A stretch of 32,000 nt of DNA. It comes from Halogeometricum borinquense DSM 11551. Its GTDB lineage: Archaea; Halobacteriota; Halobacteria; Halobacteriales; Haloferacaceae. Shown in pieces: positions 26,438-32,000 of the stretch. The notes beneath the pieces were generated by a model. The model was not told the origin of the DNA. It saw nothing but the letters and a program-made list of their open reading frames with translations, and made no database searches. The stretch spans positions 2,700,001 to 2,732,000 of the forward strand of contig NC_014729.1 of assembly GCF_000172995.2 (NCBI RefSeq). Reading direction: 5' to 3'. Made by a program: the position numbers and the translations under genes. Numbering within the stretch: the stretch's first letter is position 1; the number at the start of each line of letters is the position of its first letter.

Positions 26438-27480
26438 TGGATGACCAACTCCTCCTCGATCTCGTCTTCAGAGAGGCCTGCTTCGCGGCCGCGAGCGATG
26501 GCCCGGATGTTGTCCACCTCACGCTCTTTGGCGAGGATGTACGAGATAACCGGACTCACCGACAGCGGATACACGTAACCAAGTCCCTCCGCGTATTCGA
26601 GCAACGCGGTCTCAAGTGCGCGCTCGAAGCCGATGAGGCTGTCAGCCGCTTCGAGTGCGTCAAGCGCGTTCGAGAGCTCGTTGCCGTACTTCGAATCGCG
26701 GATTTTTGAGACGAGTTCGTCGGTGTTCTGTGCCAGCGTCACCAGTTCGGACGCGGAGAACAGCGACCCCCCATCGATGTAGTAATCGGCGGGGTCGATG
26801 TCCGCGCCACTGCGCGCAAGACGGAGCGCGTTCCGGGCGTTCCGGAAGTCGATCTCCGCTTCGAGGTACTCGCGGTACTGCTGTGTCGCCTCGTCAACGA
26901 CGAGTCCTTCGAGCAGGCTCTCGTAGTAGGCACGGTCGATGGCGTTTTCGAGGGGAACAAGCACGTCCGTTTCCTCGTAATCCTCGAACGCCGCTTCGAG
27001 GTCGACATCGAACATCGTACCGTTGAGGCGGTCGACAACTTCCTCGATAGTGGTTGCGTCGAGCAACCGGTCGAGGAAGTCGTCGTCGAACTCGCCCGCG
27101 CGGATGAGGTCGGAATCAACATCCTCGCGTTCGGCGTCCGAGTAGATACCGCGAATGACGGTCTTGACGTTCCACGCGTCGAACTTGCGCAGATAGCGAG
27201 CGATGAGGTCGTACAGACGGCCGTCCGCCCACTTGAGGATATCGTTGAACTGTTTTGCGAGATTCTTGTTCAACGAGTACTCGATGAGGTCAACACCCGA
27301 GAATCGGGATCCGAGCGCGTTGATCTCTTCTTCGTACTCCGACTCCTCCATAAAGCGGGCGATTTCGGCCGGCCCCATCCGAACCAGCTTGCGGTACTCC
27401 TCGTCACTAAACAGCGCGCTCTGGCGCGCTCTGACGCGAGCGTTTACGTACTCGGGATTGGAACCGCCGGCAGCACTCAT
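26434..27480 (-). CDS. atpC: A-type ATP synthase subunit C
   Basis: 348 aa, helical. Its position between atpE and atpF and the ATGA overlaps on both sides support the call. Confidence 0.92.
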   Translation of the reverse strand: MSAAGGSNPEYVNARVRARQSALFSDEEYRKLVRMGPAEIARFMEESEYEEEINALGSRFSGVDLIEYSLNKNLAKQFNDILKWADGRLYDLIARYLRKFDAWNVKTVIRGIYSDAEREDVDSDLIRAGEFDDDFLDRLLDATTIEEVVDRLNGTMFDVDLEAAFEDYEETDVLVPLENAIDRAYYESLLEGLVVDEATQQYREYLEAEIDFRNARNALRLARSGADIDPADYYIDGGSLFSASELVTLAQNTDELVSKIRDSKYGNELSNALDALEAADSLIGFERALETALLEYAEGLGYVYPLSVSPVISYILAKEREVDNIRAIARGREAGLSEDEIEEELVIQ

Positions 27481-28058
27481 TGGTCGAACAATCGGGAACT
27501 CACTTCCTTGAGGTTGTCCTCCCAGACGCCCTCAAGGACGGAGTCGAACGTGTTGTTCACCCGAACGCGCGACTGCTGACTCTCGACGACGACGCCACCG
27601 AGACACTCGTACGTGCCTCCGAACTCGTAGCCGTCGTGCTCTTCGAGGATGTCCTCGATGAGCGATTGGTCGGATTCGCGGCCGTAGACAACGACATCGG
27701 CGTCGTCGTCGAACTCGTCGGCCGCTTCGTCGAGCAGCGAACGGGTGAGCGTTTCGCGTCGGTCACCGGAGAGCGCGGCGAGCTCCTCCTCGACTTGTCC
27801 GCGAACGTCCTCGAGGACGTCACGGCGTGCTTCGAGGCGCTTCTGCTTTGCCTCCAGTTTCGCGCTGGAGAGCGCTTGCTCGCGCTCCTGTTCGACCTGA
27901 CGTTCGACGTCGGTCTTGCGCGATTCGAGGAGCTCTTCTGCATCCGTCTCGGCCTCCTCGATGATTTCTTCGGCGCGTTGCTCTCCGTCCTCTCGAATTT
28001 CCTCCGCACGCGCGCGGGCTTCGTCTCGGATGTCTTCGACGACGTTATCCAAACTCAT
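27477..28058 (-). CDS. atpE: A-type ATP synthase subunit E
   Basis: 193 aa with an N-terminal charged coiled coil (ARARAEEIREDGEQRAEEIIEEAE...). Confidence 0.92.
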   Translation of the reverse strand: MSLDNVVEDIRDEARARAEEIREDGEQRAEEIIEEAETDAEELLESRKTDVERQVEQEREQALSSAKLEAKQKRLEARRDVLEDVRGQVEEELAALSGDRRETLTRSLLDEAADEFDDDADVVVYGRESDQSLIEDILEEHDGYEFGGTYECLGGVVVESQQSRVRVNNTFDSVLEGVWEDNLKEVSSRLFDQ

Positions 28059-28080
28059 TGATTGAAAGGGAGAGGGTGCT

Positions 28081-28320
28081 TTAGGAGATGAACACGACGA
28101 CCAGCGCGAGGATGACGAGGGTCTCCGGAAGAACGGTCAGGATGAGACCGTTGACGAAGAGACTGTCGTCCTCGGCGATGGCTCCCATCGCGGCAGCACC
28201 AATACCGCGTTCCGCGTACCCCGCGCCGAAGGCGGCGAGGCCGACCGCGAGAGCGGCTGCTGCTTTTGGAGTGATTGCCGGGCCAGCTGTCTGGGTCTGA
28301 AGTAGGATGTTTTCGAGCAT
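28081..28320 (-). CDS. atpK: A-type ATP synthase proteolipid subunit K (c subunit)
   Basis: 79 aa from the internal ATG 28320 (MLENILLQTQTAGP...). It forms a two-helix hairpin with the ion-binding Glu in LPETLVILALVVVF. The upstream extension in the track is Arg-rich and non-coding. Confidence 0.92.
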   Translation of the reverse strand: MLENILLQTQTAGPAITPKAAAALAVGLAAFGAGYAERGIGAAAMGAIAEDDSLFVNGLILTVLPETLVILALVVVFIS

Positions 28321-28517
28321 GTTGTGTTTACGTCCTCTTAGTACCGGATTGCGTCTCCGAACAAGCCTATGTGGCCGGGGGCATCTCATAAAGCTTCCCA
28401 AACCGATTCGATAAAACACCGAGAAGGGGACTCCTCACACCAATATTATCGCAAAAATGCCGTCCCAGTGCTGTTGCTATCGGACGAATAAAAAGAAACC
28501 GAGTTGAGGTGACCGCC

Positions 28518-30746
28518 TCAGTCCTCGGTCGTGAACTGACGGTTGTAGCCGAACGGTTCGTAGTCGCGGCCACCACCCTCGTAGAACTTGTTGAAGAACT
28601 CGACGTATTCGAGACGCACGGCCTGCAGACCGGCGCTCGTCACACCGAGTGCGAGGACGAGGATGTGCCCGACGACGAGGATGACGAGTCCGCCGAGAAT
28701 CGCCGCGGCACTACCGTGGAAGAGACCGCCGAACATGATATTGACGACCTCGTGACCGTGAACGGTTTCCTCGAGGTGAGGCATGTGGCCGAGACCGAAG
28801 TGCCATCCGCCGTCGTCAGTGACGTACACACCGAAGAACAGCAGGTTGACCGTGAAGGCCATCCCGGCCTTCGCCAGCAACACTGCCGCGATACGCGTGT
28901 ACGACAGGACGTTCACCAGCACGTTCAGGAACTCGACTACCTCGACAGGTTCACCGAGACCGAGCAAGACGAGCCCAATGACGAATACCAACAGCGGGAG
29001 CGTGAACGGCGCGTTGACCCACGGAATGGTGAATAGCTCCATCGCTGGGAACCCATTGAACCCGAGCGGGAGGACACCGCTGGCCGAGAAGGTTTCGTAG
29101 ACGAAGTCGGGCGTGGTTCCTCTGAGAGCGTCCGACAATACCCAGATCCAGAGGCCGTTGAGCATCAGGATCCACGAAGCACTCTCGAAGACTGCGTGCT
29201 TCGCATCGTGGAGTTCGAGATTCTCGAAGAAGTCGAATATCCACGCGATGTTCAGGTGGAACACACCGACCAGGACGCTGACGACGAGCCAGCCGAGTGC
29301 CCAATCGGTCGTAGCCGGCGAGAGACCCTTCTGGATGGGGGCGTGCGAGAGACCGACGACACCCTCCCAGAAGTGCGTTGCAATGAGGTGCAGGCCGAAT
29401 ATCTCACCGTAGAGAATGCCGAACAGCGCCGTGAATAAGCCTGCTGCGATGGTGATACCGCCCATACTCTTGAACGCCGGTCGGTCGTCGAAGTTGGCGT
29501 AGAGGAAGTAGCCGATGGCGGTGTAAATAAGCCCGTAGCCAAGGTCACCGATCATGAACCCGAAGAACGCCGGGAACGTCAGGAACAGGATGACCGTCGG
29601 GTCGAACTCGTAGTAGCTCGGTCGGCTGACCGCCTGGACGAGAACCTCGAACGGTTTGATCGGACCGGGGTTGTTCTGCACCGTCGGCGGTTCGTCGTCG
29701 CGCATCACGACCGCACCGCCGTCCGCGCGCGCCTCGCCACCGTCGGCAGCCGCAGGCGAACCACCGCTTCCGCCAGCAGGTTGCTCGCGCACGTGGTCGG
29801 TGCCGTCCTTCGAGAACGTCGCGCGTTCGAGTTCTTCGACCTGAATGCGCTCGCCGATGTTCTCTTTGAGCGCGCTCTTGAACTCGGTAAAGCGCGAGGC
29901 AGGAATCCATCCCTCGGCAATGAAGGCGTTCTCCGTCGTCGCAAAGGAGAGCGGCGCTTCGGTCTTCTGCACGTCGATCGAGAGTTTCTCCTCGGCCGCC
30001 AAGAGGAAGCCCGCTGCATCGAGCTTCAGACTCTCAAGTTCGCTCTCGACAGAGTCGAGGTCGGACCGAATCTGCTGTTGCTCGTGTTCGAGTTCGCGGA
30101 CGTACTCTTGCGGTGAGCCGTCAGCATCGGGAACTTCGAGCGACGTGAAGTCAGCGCCGACGAGCGTATCCGCGAGTGCGGAATCGTCCGCATCGGATGT
30201 CGGCCGCGCGAACACGGCCATCGTCCGGTCGCCCGAGAGTATCTCGTAGTCTCCGAGTTGGTCGGCATCGACGACGGCGCGTTCGACGGCATCGCGCTTG
30301 CCGTATCCGACGGCGACTTGGAGCGTGTCGTACCCCGACAGGAGATCAAGGTCGATGCCGAGATCTTTGAACGGCGCTATCGTGTCGATACGCTCTTCGA
30401 TGTCTCGGAGGTTCTGCCGAAGTTCCTGCCGTTCGTCGTCGAGTTCGTTGACCTGCGTCCGAATCTCTTCGAGTTCCTCCTCCAGCGCGTCGTCGGTGAC
30501 GATGCGGGTCGGGCCCGCGTCGTCCTCGTCAACGTCGAGGATGCTCTCAAGCGAGCGGACGGTGACGAGTTTGTCCGAGGCGCTCTCGGCCCCTTCAACG
30601 GGGCTGCCCGGGGAGAAACCCTCCCACGAATCGTCGTACTCCGTCACGTGAAGCAGATTCAGATCGTGGACCGTCTCGACGACCGAGTCCATCACGCGCT
30701 TGGACCCGGTCACCGAGACCTTACTCATCTGTTCAGGTCTGAGCAT
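28518..30746 (-). CDS. atpI: A-type ATP synthase subunit I (a-subunit/stator)
   Basis: About 742 aa, with an N-terminal cytoplasmic coiled-coil domain and a C-terminal polytopic domain. Starting at ATG 30746 (MLRPEQMSKVSVTG) overlaps the atpH stop by 14 nt. ATG 30728 (MSKVSV) is the alternative. Confidence 0.93.
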   Translation of the reverse strand: MLRPEQMSKVSVTGSKRVMDSVVETVHDLNLLHVTEYDDSWEGFSPGSPVEGAESASDKLVTVRSLESILDVDEDDAGPTRIVTDDALEEELEEIRTQVNELDDERQELRQNLRDIEERIDTIAPFKDLGIDLDLLSGYDTLQVAVGYGKRDAVERAVVDADQLGDYEILSGDRTMAVFARPTSDADDSALADTLVGADFTSLEVPDADGSPQEYVRELEHEQQQIRSDLDSVESELESLKLDAAGFLLAAEEKLSIDVQKTEAPLSFATTENAFIAEGWIPASRFTEFKSALKENIGERIQVEELERATFSKDGTDHVREQPAGGSGGSPAAADGGEARADGGAVVMRDDEPPTVQNNPGPIKPFEVLVQAVSRPSYYEFDPTVILFLTFPAFFGFMIGDLGYGLIYTAIGYFLYANFDDRPAFKSMGGITIAAGLFTALFGILYGEIFGLHLIATHFWEGVVGLSHAPIQKGLSPATTDWALGWLVVSVLVGVFHLNIAWIFDFFENLELHDAKHAVFESASWILMLNGLWIWVLSDALRGTTPDFVYETFSASGVLPLGFNGFPAMELFTIPWVNAPFTLPLLVFVIGLVLLGLGEPVEVVEFLNVLVNVLSYTRIAAVLLAKAGMAFTVNLLFFGVYVTDDGGWHFGLGHMPHLEETVHGHEVVNIMFGGLFHGSAAAILGGLVILVVGHILVLALGVTSAGLQAVRLEYVEFFNKFYEGGGRDYEPFGYNRQFTTED

Positions 30747-31065
30747 GCACCGCCTCCTCGAACTGGTCGATTGCATACTCGACCGCTTCCTCCGTGTTTT
30801 CTTCGGCGTCTCTGATGAGGCGCTTTCGGGTCTCCTCGCCTTCGTTCAGAATCGTCTCTCGCTCCGCTTCGATCTCCTTGCGAGCCTCCGCGAGACGCTC
30901 AGACTCGTATTCTTTAGCCTCCTCCTCGGCTTGTTGACGGATTTCTTCGGCCTTTCGTCGCGCGTCCGCGATTCGCTCCTCGCGGTCGGTTTCAGCATCG
31001 GCGACGATGTCGTCGGCGTCGGACTCGGCCGTTTTGATCCGTTCGAGAACCTCTGGTCTCGGCAT
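30733..31065 (-). CDS. atpH: A-type ATP synthase subunit H
   Basis: 110 aa from the internal ATG 31065 (MPRPEVLERIKTAESDADDIV...). It is a charged helical protein and the first gene of the operon. Confidence 0.88.
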   Translation of the reverse strand: MPRPEVLERIKTAESDADDIVADAETDREERIADARRKAEEIRQQAEEEAKEYESERLAEARKEIEAERETILNEGEETRKRLIRDAEENTEEAVEYAIDQFEEAVHAQT

Positions 31066-31096
31066 ACTCGTATCACCGAAACGTTGCACTACCTGC

Positions 31097-31102
31097 GTAT
31101 AA
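31097..31102 (-). promoter_or_regulatory. TATA-like box (CTTATA on the minus strand) upstream of atpH
   Basis: It lies 32-37 nt upstream of ATG 31065 and is the only AT-rich hexamer in the atpH upstream region. Confidence 0.35.
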
Positions 31103-31219
31103 GGTGTTTGCGGAAACCTCCCGCGACATCGATACTGTCCCCCGACAGGAAACGGACCCGATAAACCGCGGCGAGGAGAATCCGCACGGTTATCACCGAC
31201 GGGTTCTAACTCCGAACCC

Positions 31220-31882
31220 ATGGGAGTCCTCGAGAACAAGTCACGGGCGCGGCTGTTCTACAAGTATCTCTCGAAGGTGTACGACCAGATCAACCCTTAC
31301 ATCTGGAACGAGGAGATGCGCGACGACGCGCTGGAACTCCTCGGAATCCAGCCCGACGACCGCGTTCTCGACGTTGGTTGTGGGACCGGCTTCGCCACAG
31401 AGGGCCTCCTTCGTTACTCCGACGACGTACACGCGCTCGACCAGAGCATTCATCAGATGCAGAAAGCGTTCGGAAAGTTCGGCAAGAACGACGAGGTTCG
31501 CTTCTACCGGGGCGACGCCGAACGGCTTCCGTTCGCCGACAACTCGTTCGATGTAATCTGGTCTTCGGGTTCTATCGAGTACTGGCCGAACCCTGTAGAC
31601 GCGCTCGAAGAGTTCCGACGCGTCGTCAAACCCGGTCGTCGCGTTCTCGTCGTCGGTCCCGACTATCCGGAGAGCGGCCTGTTCCAACGCGTTGCCGACG
31701 CAATCATGCTGTTCTACGACGAACACGAGGCTCAGCGGATGTTCGAGGAAGCGGGCTTCGTAGACATCGAACATCACATCCAGCAGGCCTACCCCGGCAG
31801 TCCGAAAGCGATCACAACTATCGCGCGGGCGCCCGAGCGTGACGACGCCGACGACGAGGCGGCTATCGAAGCCGACACCTAG
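31220..31882 (+). CDS. Class I SAM-dependent methyltransferase, VTE3 (MPBQ/MSBQ methyltransferase)-like. Probable prenylquinone C-methyltransferase.
   Basis: 220 aa. The SAM motif is VLDVGCGTGF. The segments FYKYLSKVYDQINPYIWNEEMRDDALE and SGSIEYWPNP closely parallel the plant VTE3 family as I remember it. Confidence 0.8.
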   Translation: MGVLENKSRARLFYKYLSKVYDQINPYIWNEEMRDDALELLGIQPDDRVLDVGCGTGFATEGLLRYSDDVHALDQSIHQMQKAFGKFGKNDEVRFYRGDAERLPFADNSFDVIWSSGSIEYWPNPVDALEEFRRVVKPGRRVLVVGPDYPESGLFQRVADAIMLFYDEHEAQRMFEEAGFVDIEHHIQQAYPGSPKAITTIARAPERDDADDEAAIEADT

Positions 31883-31899
31883 TCCGGCAGACACACTCC

Positions 31900-32000
31900 T
31901 TAATCGCGGTCGGCAGACGCTGTCAACGTCGCCAGCGGCCGCGACGAACCGATCCGATAGATCTGGACCGTGACAGTCCCACCGGGTTCGGGTTGCGGAT
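31900..32000 (-). CDS. Possible 3' end of a minus-strand CDS that starts beyond the window end
   Basis: One reverse frame is open from the window edge to TAA (31902-31900): ...PQPEPGGTVTVQIYRIGSSRPLATLTASADRD*. Third-position GC is about 75% (24 of 32 codons), which is coding-like. No function can be assigned. Confidence 0.3.
   Translation of the reverse strand, partial: PQPEPGGTVTVQIYRIGSSRPLATLTASADRD

Noticed and set aside
1-32000. Whole-window scan for mobile elements, defence islands, prophage remnants and compositional islands
   Set aside because: I recognised no transposase, integrase, restriction, toxin or Cas-like proteins. The only clearly AT-rich stretches are short promoter spacers. 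Gene content and tight operon structure indicate a core chromosome.

Overview
This is a high-GC (roughly 60-65% by eye) chromosomal segment from a haloarchaeon (class Halobacteria). The predicted proteins are strongly acidic, and TATA-like boxes sit about 25-35 nt upstream of many ATGs, which suggests leaderless or short-leader mRNAs. The gene order (tiaS, pyrE, carS, ilvE, ribK-ribB, argS, minD4-like, aRF1, then atpHIKECFAB-D) looks like the Haloferax-type core chromosome; that comparison is from memory and was not verified.

I support about 36 protein genes, nearly all housekeeping:
- the complete A1Ao ATP synthase operon (21936-31065, minus strand)
- arginyl-tRNA synthetase and release factor aRF1
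- TiaS
- riboflavin genes ribK and ribB
- ilvE, pyrE and CDP-archaeol synthase
- a purine permease
- proline dehydrogenase

I found no rRNA, tRNA, CRISPR array, transposase, integrase or recognisable defence genes.

I do not see a convincing novel multi-gene system, and this is mostly an ordinary core region. The observations most worth a second look are:
1. A 300-nt ATG-free structured spacer with two tandem perfect hairpins inside the atp operon, between atpB and atpD.
2. A 23-nt tandem repeat array plus a plus-strand hairpin/T-run in the 330-nt carS-pyrE spacer.
3. A 74-nt element closed by an 11-bp perfect inverted repeat, upstream of an epimerase gene.
4. A RidA-family gene that appears to carry an in-frame internal deletion.
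5. A stand-alone MgsA/RarA C-terminal-domain-like protein with no AAA+ module.
6. An HTH-phosphoribosyltransferase fusion (PurR/GfcR-like architecture) between a purine permease and pyrE.
7. A MinD4-like ATPase followed by an unannotated 47-codon hydrophobic micro-ORF.
8. A 14-bp perfect palindrome upstream of the HTH-riboflavin kinase gene, a candidate autoregulatory operator.

All family assignments rest on reading motifs in the translations. No searches were run.
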